Source: Peribolospora baueri | Taxonomy: Eukaryota | Reading direction: 5' to 3' | Assembly (NCBI GenBank): GCA_029717555.1 | Contig: JAMDHS010000043.1 | Coordinates: forward strand, 1-64,000 | DNA length: 64,000 bases | Shown here: positions 25,046-38,173 of the stretch, piece by piece | How positions within the stretch are numbered: the stretch's first letter is position 1 | Layout of the letters: each line of letters begins with the position of its first letter | Notes under the pieces: model-generated | Told to the model about the DNA's origin: nothing | Databases searched by the model: none | The model's input: only the letters and a program-made list of their open reading frames with translations | Position numbers and translations under genes: made by a program

Positions 25046-25765
25046 GGTCGCCTGCACAGCTCCTCTTCGGCTCGCCCTCGGTGAGGGTAATGGCCGAGTT
25101 TCGGCTCAGGGGGGCAGAGTAATGGGAAAAGGAGAGGGGAGATGATTATACGTTCAGATCAGCACCTCATACCTGCTAGGGACGGCTCACGGCTCGCCCG
25201 CGCTTCCTGTTTTTGAAGTGCATGCGCCGGCGTCATGGGGTGCACACTGTACCGTAGGTCATATTGAGCTTCACCCGGTCCGCAGACCAACTATCCATCC
25301 ATTGAGTGGAATGGGACAAATAGTCTAGTCAATGCTTCATCCACTCCCAACGCAGACGCAAGAGAGGAGGAGCGCGGGACGTTCGAACGCCCGCCTGACC
25401 CTGACTCTGACTCTAACCCGCCCGCCTCCTTCTCATAGCCCCCAGGTGAGGTTGGACAGGGCTCCTTTTGCGAGAGTAGCGAATGATCATGCGAGAGCGA
25501 GCCAGCTTTTGGCCAAGAACGATTCGGGTGAAACGAGAGTCAGGACGCGCTCCTGCCGCCACCCTTCGTCCAAGATATTGGGACGCGTGATCGTTTGTGA
25601 GATCACGTGATGAAACCGGAGCGGGTGATGGGTGTCCGTGCTCCAACCCGGGCCCGCTTTTGTCGACGACGTTCCTTCGGCCTTCGGGCGATTCGCTCCA
25701 GGCTTTGACCTCACCAACCCGTCGTCGCTCTCAGTTGCTCGCACTCTCGTTTATGCGACGACGTC

Positions 25766-27149
25766 ATGTCCTCTTCTATTCCCCCTCCGCCTCCGACGAG
25801 GCAGCTCTCGCCCGATGACGGCCCCCTGATCTGGATCGATTGCGAGTGAGTCGCACGATCGACGGTTTCTCGATTGCTTTCGTTGGATTCTATTTCTTCC
25901 ATCCCCCGATTTGCAGGATGACGGGACTCGAGACGACGGATCGCATCCTCGAGATCGCCGTGGTCGTCACCGACGGCCAGCTCGTGCAAGTGGACGATGG
26001 GGTCCAGTACGTGGTCAAGACGGACAAAGCGTTATTGGACGGGTAGGCGTTGGTTTGCCTTTGTTGAATTTTTTTTTCCCACTCGCGCCGTCCCGATTGA
26101 ACACTAACTCTCGTCGTCCTTTCACGAATCTCTCTTGGGGCCGTCTCCCGCGCAGGATGGGCGAATGGTAGGTCTTGTCCTGTTCCGTCACTGAGAACGA
26201 GGAAACGAGCGTGACTCAGGATTGACTCCATCGACCTTTCCCCTTCCCTCAGGTGTGTAAGTGACGCCCAGCATGCGGATCTAATGTTCCCTTTTTTATT
26301 TCTGACACATGCCGCTCCACGTTGCTTGGAATCTCACTGGTTCGTCCCGTAGACTGCCCAACATGCAAAGGTGAAACTCTAAGCGTTCTACTGGCCATCG
26401 ATCAATCGGACGGCATCGGTGAACTGGGGGCGTGCTAACTCTCTTCTCTTTCGCTCTCCTCCGTCTTACTCCGTAGTCTGGTCTCACCAACCTCTGCCTC
26501 TCTTCGCCGCACTCGCTTGAGGAGGTCAGTGCCGCCGTGCTGAAGTACATCCGAGACCGAGTGCCAGCGAAGGGGGTGGCGTGCTTGGCCGGCAACACCG
26601 TCCATGCTGACAAGGCATTCCTTGCCCGTGAAATGCCAGAGGTGAGCGATCGTCGCAAGGAGAGTGGCCTCGCTCGTCGCGGGCTGACCTCCCGCTTCGT
26701 ACCGGTATGAGCCCCGCAGATCATCGACCACCTTCATTACCGCATCGTCGACGTATCGTCCCTCAAGGAGCTGTCGCGAAGATGGTATCCATCGGTCGAA
26801 TGGCGGAAGAAGGGCGGAACGGCGCATCGGTGAGCAGATGAACGGTTCCGATGTAGACCTAAGGGATGGCTGGAACACGAGACATTCGGGAGTATTGATG
26901 GGGTGATCATCCGACTTGTATTGGTGTGACTGGTCTAGGGCGTACGACGACATTCTCGCCTCCATTAAAGGTACGCTGTGCGAATTTTGAACGACCATAC
27001 TCTCATGCCACTCTCTCGATGCATTCTCAGCTGACCCTCCGGCCCCGTCTTACTTGACAGAGCTTAAGTTCTACCGACGAGCCCTGTTTCGCAACATCGA
27101 GGAAGAGGAACGGAAGCGCCTTGTTGAGCTTGCGGAGGAGTCGATTTGA
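25766..27149 (+). CDS. REX2: Oligoribonuclease (Orn/Rex2, DEDDh exonuclease), with micro-exons
   Basis: [14 protein letters not shown]...[25 protein letters not shown] assembled from 12-, 4- and 18-nt exons; [35 protein letters not shown]...ELKFYR; stop at 27147-27149. Confidence 0.93.
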
Positions 27150-30100
27150 AGGTTGTGTCTGAGTTGTGTGTGCACGAGCAAGCTAGGCGCGCGGCGGGGC
27201 GTGGTAGAAATAGTACGAATGGGAGCGGCTAGGTCTCGACGGGTATCACCAAAGGATGCATGGGGCCCTGTCGCGGTTTCGAAGGCCGTGCGTCGGATGT
27301 GGCGGCGAGGGCGGTCCGAGATTCTTATTGTCCTACGGTTGGAAGGCGACGCGCGCATACCCGTTCTTTTCTTCGCTACGCATCGCTAGACGTTGCGTAC
27401 GAGCTTGAGAAGGGAAGGCAAAGTATATTGCCATGAGCATGAGCATCAAAGGAAGGAAGTCATCTGTAAACGTTGCATTCAGGGAAAGGACGTGTACGGA
27501 CTAGGACTCGCTTCGATTACGGTTTGAGACTGGGCCAAGTAAGCAAAAATAGCACACCACGGATTGCGACTGCGCGGGTGTACGTGCGGCCACCGACGCA
27601 GAGGAGCCTTGTTTGTGCTTGCGCCGAGAAAAGGAATCGTTCGGCACCGAGACGCTGGGGAGGGGAGCCATAACTCGTGTGCGTTGATGGAAAGACGTCG
27701 GTGTCTCTGGCGAAGAACATAGTTTTGAGTTTTCGTCGGTCGACCACAGCCTGTGGCCTCGTGAGGACCTTGCGGCCGAGAGAGCATGCGCCGCCTTGTA
27801 TTGAAGTTGCCAGGCAAACTTATTTTTTGCTGGAAAGCGCGGGACAATAACTTGCATACTAACGTCAGCCCGCACGAGCATGGGGGCCAGCATCGTCGTC
27901 CTGCCACGATGCGACGACAGCCATGTTCCCGTGTAGTGAGTGCTGTGGCTCGATAGAGGGCACGAGGTAAACGAAGTTTGTCGCGAGGTCAAGTGCTTGT
28001 TCGTACGTGTGTACGAAAGGAGAGAGCGTCGTGCGACACAGGCCAGGTCTTGGGCTGCCCGCAGGGAGAGACGCAGCAGACGTTCAGTTCACTCACACTC
28101 CGTCACACGCGTGCCCACGCCTCGACCTCAGGGGGGTGAGCGAGTTGGGATGGCGCGTGACGTGAGCAGCTGTGGGGGCGGGAAAGCGAGCGCAATGGCA
28201 ACCACGCTCGTCGTCATCCAAGCACCCTCTGTCCGAGCAGAGGTATCGCCCAAGAACCGGGCGCCGTCCAAGGTGTGGCCCGCTGGAGCCAGCGCCGGAT
28301 CCTCCTCCTCTCGTCCTCTCGGCTTCCAGTGCCAACGAACGACTCGTCTCCCTTGTCATTCGAACACGTTCATCTATCTCCACGTCGCTGCTCTAAAGTG
28401 GGCCGCCGCCGCCTCGGCCCCGGACGGCGTTCATGTCCGTCGGACATGGCAGCAACAAAAAAAAACCCGGACCCGTCGTACATGTCTCAGAGAGAGAAGG
28501 AGACCCGATCGCTTGGACGTCGACGCACTCGGGATTCTTTCGGTGTCTCGAGCGGACCGGAAAGATGGTTATTCCGGCAGTTCCCCGCTGTCTTGCGCTC
28601 GGGTCTGTGTCGCTCGGGCTTGACTTAATATCACCTCGTTTCGTCTCTTGTGCCAGGCTCATCCGAAGGACCGTCACACCCGTTCCAGCGAGCTCAAGCA
28701 CGTGGATCTGTCCACAGAGTCTGGCGCGGCTCAAGAAGGGCACCGGGCTCATCCGTCCCAAGCCATGGAAAAACTTGGCTTACACCATGACGACAGACAG
28801 CCAGTGGGGCTCGAGTAGTGTCTCGCAGCCGAGTTATCTGCACATACACATTTCGCATGCATGACCTCACGGGCTAGTCAGTTTCTCGTCGTGACGCGTC
28901 CGCGCCCGCTTTCCCAGGCTGGTTTGGCGCGGCGCGTACATAGGCGCGTGCTGAACCGCGCAGCTCACCTCTTCACCCCATACCACAGCGCCCGCGAATG
29001 GCGGCCAGATACACCAGGTAGTGCGTTCGTCGCGGCCGAGAGGAGGCTTGGCTGGAGTCGGTGCGCTATCCAGTCTCGACATCACGATGGTGTGGGCCGT
29101 GGGTACCTCCTCGTCAACCGATCCGTCGCGAGCGGCAACAATCGATCGCCTTCTATTGTACTACTTGCAGTCAGCGCAGTCAACGTTTGGGCGGATGGGT
29201 GGCGATGACGACGAGCGTGCGCGTTCGGCGGTCCCGGCTAGCTCCACCTCAACCTTGGCCTTGCTTTCGTTGTCTGGGCCGATCGATGATCGGCCGAGTC
29301 GTGCAGTGCAGCATGAACTCGGTCTCGGGCAGAGTTTGGATCGATCGTTCGACAAGCTTCGGTCCGTCGATCGGTCTGGACACGCAAAACGCACATGCGT
29401 GAATCGAGTCTCTCGTCAGCGTATCGACTTCCACGTTGTGCATTCCCTGCTGCAGGGAAAGCTAGCGGAAAAGGATCGATCGGGCAGGGCGGCTATTCTG
29501 TTCGCGCTCGGCTCGCGAGAGAAGGGGCGTACAGCACCGTGTGGGGCAAAGGCGACGAGGAACAAAAAAAAAAGGAAAAGGAACGTGATGCTCGGTCCAC
29601 TTTTTCACTCGGTACGGTACACGAGTTTGGGGGGTACGGTAACCGACGCGCGCTCATCCCATCGCGTACACAAGCCCATTTCAGCCTCGGCCCCACTCTC
29701 ACCTAACGGTGTCCTGGCTGGCCTCACCGATTACTGATCATGAAGGGCCGTGCATCGCCAACGCCGTTCACCGGCGCCCGTCGATGCCCCCCGTCTGAGC
29801 TGAGCTAATGAACGCCTTGCTCTCCTCTCCCTGGCGGACCCAAAAGGCGTCCAAGGTGCTCCTGCTCACCGTACTTTCGTCCTTTTTCTTACTCGCTCGC
29901 TTGCCCTTGCCCTCGATGTCGCCCTTTGCCATCCGCATTCGCCTTTGTGTTCGCCTTCGCGTTCGCCTTCTCTTTCCGTCGCTCGCTTTTCGGAAGCGAG
30001 AGGAAAACGGAGGCCGAGAGACCGACGTGTGCGGAGTGGAGGCGCTCTTTCTTTCCACCTTGGTTCCGCGCTCGGAACACATTATCGCGGTAAGCCTATG

Positions 30101-33100
30101 CCAAACTAGCCAAGGTTTCGCGTATGGGCGCGGAAGCTTCGTTCGGAGCGATCGGATAGGGAAACGAGGGAGGGATGAAAGAACGGGAGGGGAGGGACGA
30201 CTGGAGTGCGTGGGTGGCTCCAGTTCGACAAGCGTCATACATGTTCAATGACGGCTCTAATTAACGAAGGCCCGACCGGACGGTCCCACCACGGTGGGTA
30301 CTTGCGTACGCGCAACTCAGTTGCTCGGCAAGAACTACCGTACTGTATACGGCATCGCCGGAAGCTCGGCGAAAGATGGAACGGGTTGAACTCGGCTATC
30401 TATGCAGTCGTTGCGTCTTGCGTCTGTAGTCTTCGGCATCAGACAAGCGGCGCTCGCAGTCGAAAAGGTCGTTGAGACAGGGGCTCGCGCCGACGAGACA
30501 GACGTGGTCGCCTTCGACGGAGGATCGTCGGCGAGGCTTTTGAGGGCGCGCCCAGCAAATCGCCCGTCATATGTACATACTGTACATACATACTCTTCCA
30601 TCGTTGGAGTCCGTTGGCCGCGGAGGCTGACGTGCGGAGAGAAAAAGCGCGGACGACGCGAGTGGGTGGAGGGATGATGGATGGATGGTGGCGAAGAGCG
30701 GCGTCGGAATCTGCGGCGTTCACGCAGGCAGCTAAGCATAGATAGCGACAGATCCGCTTCGCACGCAATCAAGCAGGCGCCCGCGCCGCGCCTGAGACGA
30801 GACGAGACGGACGAGATTGAGACCGGCGAGCGTCCAGTCAGTCTACTGCACGCTGCGCGCATGGCACCTTTGCCCGCGATGGTGGTTGCGCCCTACAGAC
30901 CGCGCGCGCCCGTGTGTATGTACTGTATATGTGTGCGTGGTGCACACACAAGCCACGCAAGCACAGTTAGTTGCCTGCAGCATCGTCATCGCCAGTCCAT
31001 GGGCTTCATCTCGGACTGCGGGTGGATATGGACGCAGACACATGGGCGTGAAGGACCCGGGGGAGGCGGGGTCGAACGAAATGAACGCCACGATGGCCGT
31101 GCGATGGTGATAGATACATAGAGTATGTACATACGTACGTATACTTGCCCGTCGTTCGTTCACCGGTCGTCGCGTAAACGGAAGCCCATCTTCTTGTCCG
31201 CCGCCGATTCCCCTCGCGGTCGGTGAGCGTGGAGTGTGGAGCGTGGATATTTACCGAGTTCGAGCAAGCACTCGATTACGCAGTGACGTAAGTAGCCGCC
31301 GTACGCTGTCCCCGGCCACGGACGTGGGCGCGGGCGCGGGCGGCGTTGCGCGCTGCGGTGACCGGCCGGCAACGGGAAGTATGGAGGGACACCGAGCGCA
31401 AAAAGAAAAGGTGCAACGACGGTCTGTCGCCTTGTTCCTCCACAGTCCGCTTGGACGCACAAGTACACGCAGCGAAATGCTCCACCTCCACACGACGCCG
31501 GGGAATGTGTGGGTGCACATGCTGTAGAGGCTGGACGCGTCCGTCGAAGGAGGCGCCTCTCAGGGAAAGCGATCCACGGAGCCGTTCGTCGGACGCGGCG
31601 GGAGGCGCGCCGACTGGCTACAGGTAGCAAGCAGCTCATCGCAACGTCGGCGGCCGAGTAGAGTGAGAGGCCTGCTCTCCAATTTGAACGCGCGCTCGCT
31701 TTCTTGCTTTCTCGCGCTCGTGTTCGCGCGAGCTTGATGAAGAAACCTCGAGGCGTCGCCAACGTATACGCCGGCGCTGGGAAAACCTACTCTCGTCACT
31801 ACTCTCTCCTTCGCTTCCTCGCCCACGTCCCGCTTTTCGAACACAGAGTTAAGATATACTCTTCTCACCGCGGGCAACCTTCCCGCCGCCATTCTTTCCC
31901 ACCTGCCCTCGCCCAGACGAGAACCCCCTTGCCTGGCTGGGCGGGCGACTTCTCTCTCTCCTCCGGGCTGCCCATTCCTTTCCTTCGAACCGCCCGTGGC
32001 CCCTTAAAGGCCGACTGTATTCGCTGGCCCCATTCGCGCCCCCACCTCTCCTCCCCACCGCCTTCTTCCACCCCACCCTCTCTACACCGCACGAACGAAG
32101 CTTCTGAATCAGATCTCGCCTTGTCGCCTGTCTCGTCTCGCGTTGCTCTCTGAAACGTACCAACGCAACGCCCGTTCGACCTGCGTGCCAAAGTCCGATT
32201 GGACGAGGACGACGCGCGATAACACGACGAGAGGAACTTCGTTGACACACTGCTCTCCGGTCGCCGAGGTGAGTGCCCGTTTCGCTTCTCCTCTATCCTC
32301 TCTCTTCCCCCTCGACCTCTCCCCTCCCGACATCGACCTCGACCTCGATCCCGACCACGACGCGGTGCTAACGCGGCTCCGAATGTCGACAACGACCTCG
32401 CGTCGCCCTGAGCGCGGAGGAGGAGCACGGAGCACCTCTCCATACGTACACACGTGTACGAGCGTGCGACCGTGCGTCCAGGTACCCGCACCCCCCCACC
32501 CCCTTCATTTCCTTGCCTTTCTTCATCAAACCCTTTTTCTACACCCCATCGTTCCCACCTTCTCATCCTCCTTGCCGGCGGCTAGGTGGTCCCGACGGGC
32601 GTTCGATCTCGCATCTCGCATCATCTGTTCCTGCCTCCTTTCTTTCTTCCTTTTCTTTTCTTGGTTTCGGACTGGGGCTGCTAGGCGAGGGGGGGGGGCA
32701 GGCAGGCGTTGCGGATCGGGGGATCGCATCGCATGGAGACAGACGAAGCTCAAAGTTGGGATGGGAAGGGGAGGGCGATCGATCGGATGGCCGACGGCAG
32801 CCCTTTTTCTCCCATGCTGGCAGGCAGGCAGGCAGGCAGGCAGCAGGCAGCAGGCAGCAGGCGGGCGGGCAGGCTGGCTAGGCTAGGCTAGGCCAGGCAC
32901 GCCCGCGTCCTGAACGGGGCTGGCTGGTGTCATGTCATGTCATTTCATGTCATGTCAAGGTCAGGTCAGGTAGGCCAGGTTGGGTTCGGGAGGCCACGCA
33001 AGGCACGCGGGCGTTCTGAAAGCTTAATCAAGCTAAGCTTGATTGATGGGAGGGACGTGGCGGGCCTGACTAGACAGGCAGGCAGGCAGGCGATCGGTGA

Positions 33101-36100
33101 CGGCGGTGGTAACGGCGACGGCGAGGAAGACCAGTGCGGGTCATCATGGTAGCGAGTGACGGCGACGGCGACGCGGCGGCTATGATGATGGTGATCGAGG
33201 CGCGTCCGTCCATTCTCATTTCTCCCTTCGGTCCCTTCTCTCATTTCGGAAGCTTTTCTCTCGCCTGGGGCCTCTTTTTGGTTGTCGACCCCCGCTCCCT
33301 CGCTGCGCTCCGCTGCTTGTTTCCCGAGCGGTGCGAAGTTTTAGTTAGCGCTACACCGGACCGCTAAGAGGCCGACTCTTTAGCGAGGGGACGCTAGCCG
33401 TGGTGTGGTGGTCCACCGGGTGATCCGTTTTCGAATCTCTCGTCGCGACCGCACGGCGAACGGACGAACGAACGAAAGCTGGACGGTCACCTAGACGGAC
33501 TTTATTTTCCGGGCGTCGCATCTTCTTTCTCTTTTCGTTTTTTTTTTTATTTTCTTTTTATTTTTCATTCCATGCGACCCGAACCCGACCCGACCGAAGC
33601 GGTTCGCGTCTGCGTCCGTCCCTTCCTTCTGTACGGGGAGGGGCCGCCTGCTCGGTCGGTCGGTGCTCGTCCGTGTCATTCGCGCACGCGCTCGTCGTCA
33701 CGATGGCTCACGTTGGCCGCGGTGTGTGCGAGTTGGTTGATTGGGTGTCCGTGTTCATGTTTCGGGTCTGTGTCCGTGTCCGTCGTGATGGCATTGCATG
33801 CATGCGTGCATGCGCCGTCCCTCATTCGTCGCCCCATTCGCCGCCAGGCCATTGCGGAATCTCTCCTTTTCCCCGCCAGCCGGCGTGGCGTGGCGTGGAT
33901 GGAACGAGTCGGATATCTGTCGTCGGGTATCCGTCGTCGTCGTCGTCGCCGCCATGTCTCTCGGTGATGATGGGGGCTCGGACGAACGATCTACGGTCAT
34001 CGTCGCCGTTCATGTCTCTCGGTGATGGGACTCTAGGTGGACATGATCTGCGCCCGTGTTTCGCTTCGCGCCGACGCATTGGAGCGTCCGTCTATTCGTC
34101 GACGCTTTCTTTCTTGTCCGTCTTTCTTGTTTGGCTTCTTCGTCCTGCTTGCTTGCCTGCCCCTCGGTGCCCCCGCCCGCCCACGTTCGTCGGAGGATGG
34201 CATGCATGGCGTTACGCCCGAGACACGACGCCCGCCCGCCCGCCTCGTCCGTCGTCCGTACCTCCGCCCCCTCCGTCCCGCCCGCCCTCGTCCCGATCCG
34301 AGCCCAGCGCGCTGGCTGCGTGTGTAGTGCACGCAGGTGAGATAAGGGGCAGAAGGGGCGGGCGAGGATGGGGGATGGGCAGGAGACAGACGTACGTACA
34401 TGGGTTTGGCCGCAAGCCAGCGCCCACGGCGATTCGGCCCGTCGGCGGCGGGTCGGGTCGGCAGGTGCCTGACGCGCCATCTCATCTTCCCACGCGCCAT
34501 CTCATATCCTCTTTCTTTCATTCAACATGGGATTGACGGGACCTTGACCGCTCTCTCGGAACGGTGGCGACGGACGGTGACGTAGCCGCCGTCTCTCGGC
34601 TTCCTTCTGGTTTTTTTTGCCCGGCCCCTCGCCCGCCTCCGCTTAGCTGCCCTGCCCGCCTCGTCCGCGGGCAAGGCCTTGCTTGTTCTGCTTGTTCTGT
34701 TCCTGCCGGCGGTCGTCTCACATTGAGCGGACATCCGCGTGTGTCTGTGTCTGGTGTCCGGTGTCTGTGTCTGGTGTCTGTGTCTGGTGTCTGCGTCTGT
34801 TTTTGTGTCGCCGTCGTCGTAGTCGTCGTCATCATCGCCGGTCCGCTGGAACGGGGAACGGTGTGACGCACGTCGGTCGGACCGATTGCGGCTCGGGCAG
34901 GATCCGTCCGGCATGGGCTCGGTCCGGGATCGATTCGGTGGATCGGTTCGGTGGCTCGTCCGTTTCGTTCGTTTGTTCCTTCCTTCCCTCGCTCGTCGCC
35001 CTCCTGCCTCCGTGACTGCGGGCGGTGGGGTGGTGTGGTGTGGTAGTGCGATGTGCTGCGGTAGTCGCCGTAAGCGTTGGTGGGTACCTCCGTTTTTGCC
35101 GCTTGGGCTGCACGACGGGTAGAATGGGGCGGGGCTAGCGGCGCTAAGGGCGGGGGCTTGCCAGCGTAGGCGAACGGACGCGGATGCGGCCCCACGCACG
35201 CGCGCACCGCACCCGCACTCGCACACGCACCCGCGCCGGTTGGCTGGCGGCTGCTGTGTCGCTTGCTAGTTCGGGCCCGGCGTTGCTCAACGTCTTGCCG
35301 AGGGCAGCGATTGGTATTTTCTTCTTTGCGTTTTATTTTCTTCCGCTCCGCTCGCCCCGTCCGTCCCTTTTCCTCTCTGTCGGCCGTCCGGCCTGACCTG
35401 AACGGGTCAAGCCGGACGGAGGCTGTCTGTGTCTGTCTGTCTCGACAAGGCGAGTGAGGCGGCGAGGGAGCGAGACAGGACGAGGATGAAGGGACGAGGG
35501 ACAGATGGGATGGGATGGAGGATGGTTGGATGGGCAATCTGGTCCCATTCCTCTTCCGTCGTCGTCACCCTCTCTTTTTCTCTTTCTTTCTCCTCCCTAT
35601 CCGACGACGGCCTTTCTCTTTCTTTCTCTTTATCTCCGCTCCCTTTTTCCCTTTCCTTTTCCTTTTCCTTTTCCTTTTCATTTTCCTTTCCTGGTCCGCC
35701 TCCTCCGCCTCCGCCTCCGTCCCGTCCCCTTCGCCGTCCGCCCACTCGAGACACGGACGGCGAGCCGAGCCGACTGACTTCGGCGTCCTCCGCGGTCGAC
35801 GACGACCAGGAAGGAGGATCCAGTCCAGTCCAGTCCAGCGCCGGTGATCATCTCCCGCACCTCCTCCCTCCCTCCCTCTCTCCGCTCCGCCCCTAGGAGG
35901 TAGAAGAACCGCGATAGACATGCACATGTCATGTCCATCCAGATGCTATCTTAAATAAATCCCCTCCCATCACTTCCTTCCCCCTTCTCTGCCCCCTCTT
36001 CCCTCCTCGCCCTCACCCACCCTATCTATCGCCCCCTTCCCCTCCCTTCCGCCCCCGCCCCTCCTCCCTTCCCTCCCTTCTTCTTTCTCTATCCCCCTCT
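27150..36100. other. About 9-kb gene-poor, microsatellite-rich region upstream of the cyclin gene
   Basis: No ORF with recognisable protein character; many simple repeats, including (GGCA)n ~32820, T tracts ~33525-33570, (GTGTCT)n ~34741-34800 and (TTTTCC)n ~35645-35690. Confidence 0.6.
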
Positions 36101-36103
36101 CGC

Positions 36104-36304
36104 ATGTCCCTGACGTGCCCCCCTTGATCCTCCCCACCCGACACCCGCCAGCCCGACCTCCGGCACCACCTTCGTCGCATGCCCATCCCCGCCGCCAGCC
36201 CCTTCCCCGTCTCGACTAGTGTCGTAGCTGAGCTGACCATCGCTTCCCCCCCATCGGTCCGACGACACGACGACGCCGCCGCCACAGCCCGCTTCCACCC
36301 ATAG
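36104..36304 (+). promoter_or_regulatory. Two putative upstream ORFs in the cyclin 5' leader
   Basis: uORF1 36104-36127 (MSLTCPP*) and uORF2 36179-36304 (41 aa), lying between a TATA-like TTAAATAAAT (~35951) plus CT-rich tract and the main ATG at 36348. Confidence 0.5.
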
Positions 36305-36347
36305 AGCCTATTCTCATCCTTCCCCCTCCTTTTTGCCCCTCGCCACC

Positions 36348-38173
36348 ATGACTGCCGAAGTCGCGCGACGGCCCCATCACTCCACCGGGTCCAGCTCCAA
36401 GTCGAGCAGCGGTAGCAAGAGGAGCGAGTCGTACGACCGCTTCTACGGCCATCGAGGTGAGATCCGCGTTCTTCTTTCTTGCCTCTTGCCTCTTCGCTCA
36501 CACAGACTCCCCCCTATTCCTTCGCAGAGCTCTCCGAGATGTGCGAGCAGTTCATCACCGCCCTCTTCGCCTGTCCCTTGGACTCCACCTCGTCCTCCGT
36601 CTCCGCCGCCTCCGCCCCCGTCACCCCTTCCGGTCGACCTGCACCTAGGCTCGCCGAGTTCATCGCCTACGCCCTCCATCGCACCCGGCTCCCCCTCGCC
36701 GTCACCCATCAGGCCCTCTTCTTGCTCCGCCGTCTCAAGTCTCGCTTCCCTGCCGCCCGCGGCTCCTCCGGTCATCGCCTCTTCATCTCCGCCCTCATGC
36801 TCGCCAGCAAGAGCACCTGCGACGACACCTACAGCAACAAGAGCTGGACCATCGTCGGCCAGGGCCTCTTCTCCCTTCGCGAGGTCAACCAGATGGAGCG
36901 TGAGCTCTTCGGCTACCTCGGCTACAAGGTCAACGTCGACTACGCCGCCCTCCAGCGTTTCGTCTTCCAGCTCGACTCTGGCATTCTTCCCGGCGCCGAG
37001 GCAGACGTCTCCTCCTCTCCTGACCTTTCCTCCTCCTCCTCCTCCTTGCCCTCGCCCGCCGCATCCGTCGCCTCGATGCCACCCTCGCCCAAGTCGGCCG
37101 TTACCGCGCCCGTCGTGCCCGTCGCCGCCACCACAGCCGCCGTCTCCACCTCGCCCGTAACCTCCACCTTCCCCAAGGCTGCCGCCGTCACTGGCCCCCA
37201 CCGACACTCGCCCTCGGCCTCCCTTTCCATCAAGAGAGCCGGAAACCGGATGAGCATGAGCGCCATCCCTACTTCGGGCGCCCCCTACCACCTCCCCCCC
37301 TCCCATCATCACCACCTCGACTCCTCCCACCATCACCCTCACACCCGCGCTTCCTCTCACCCGCCACCGATCTCGGCGGCTCCGAGCTTGACCCGGTCCC
37401 AGAGCCTCACCCACAGCCAAATACGCCATGCTGCCTCGTCTCCTCACCACTGGGCCTATGGCTCTACGGCCGCCTACGCTCGGGCCGAGAGGGCAGCTTC
37501 CACAGTCGCTCCCGCCGCCGCCGCCGCCACCAACGGCGCGCGCGTCGCCTCTTCCTCCGGTGCACCGTATCAGAACGCGTCCTACTCTGGCTCGTCCTCG
37601 TCCTTGAGCTCGGCCGGTTGTCCTTCGCTCTCCTCGTCCGCCACCGCGACCAGTAGCGGCGGCGCCGGCTCGTGGGCGATGAGCGTGTCCATGTCCGCGT
37701 CCGGCTCTTCCTCGTCCATGTCCTCCTCCTCTTCCGTCGCCACCCCTTCGCCCTCGGCCTCCAGGTCCGTCTCGTCCGTCGCCACCACCCCGATCACTCC
37801 GTCATCGAGCGAGCTCGCGGGCGACGAAGACATGTCGAGCCCCATCTCCTCTTGCGTTGTCGGATCGACCGCCGCAGTCTCGCCCACCTACGTCTCCCGA
37901 CGCAAGTCCCATCACCCCGTCGTACGACCGCCGGGGCTCGGTCGGACGCACCGCGGCGGGGAGGCAGCGACGGCGGACTGGACGGCACCTGCGGACCGAC
38001 GAGGGAGCGCGCCCGCTTGTGTCGGAGTCGACAGCGCTCAGCGACAACCGAGGGCCAAGGCAGACGCTGCCGCAGCCGCCGCCGCCGCGTGGGCGCCGAC
38101 GCTGGCTGATGAGCGCGCCTTCTACCGACACGCGCACGAGCGATCTTCGCGACCACCTCGCGCCGGCTGGTGA
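36348..38173 (+). CDS. Pcl/Pho80-family (Pho85-type) cyclin with a long Ser-rich C-terminal tail
   Basis: Exon 1 36348-36456 (...YDRFYGHR), intron 36457-36527, then cyclin box RLAEFIAYALHRTRL...SRFPAARGSSGHRLFISALMLASKSTCDDTYSNKSW...LREVNQMERE. Confidence 0.92.

Noticed and set aside
17308..27149. PAL-centred secondary-metabolite cluster
   Set aside because: Neighbours are a lipase and an oligoribonuclease; no CoA ligase, P450, PKS/NRPS or transporter is adjacent.
27940..35540. Long ORFs in the gene-poor region (e.g. 27940-28623, 29021-29737, 33673-34536, 34518-35537)
   Set aside because: Low-complexity translations of simple repeats, mostly non-ATG starts, no motifs.
36443..37450. 335-aa minus-strand ORF and many similar overlapping ORFs in the window
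   Set aside because: Antisense shadows of GC-rich coding sequence, here the cyclin.
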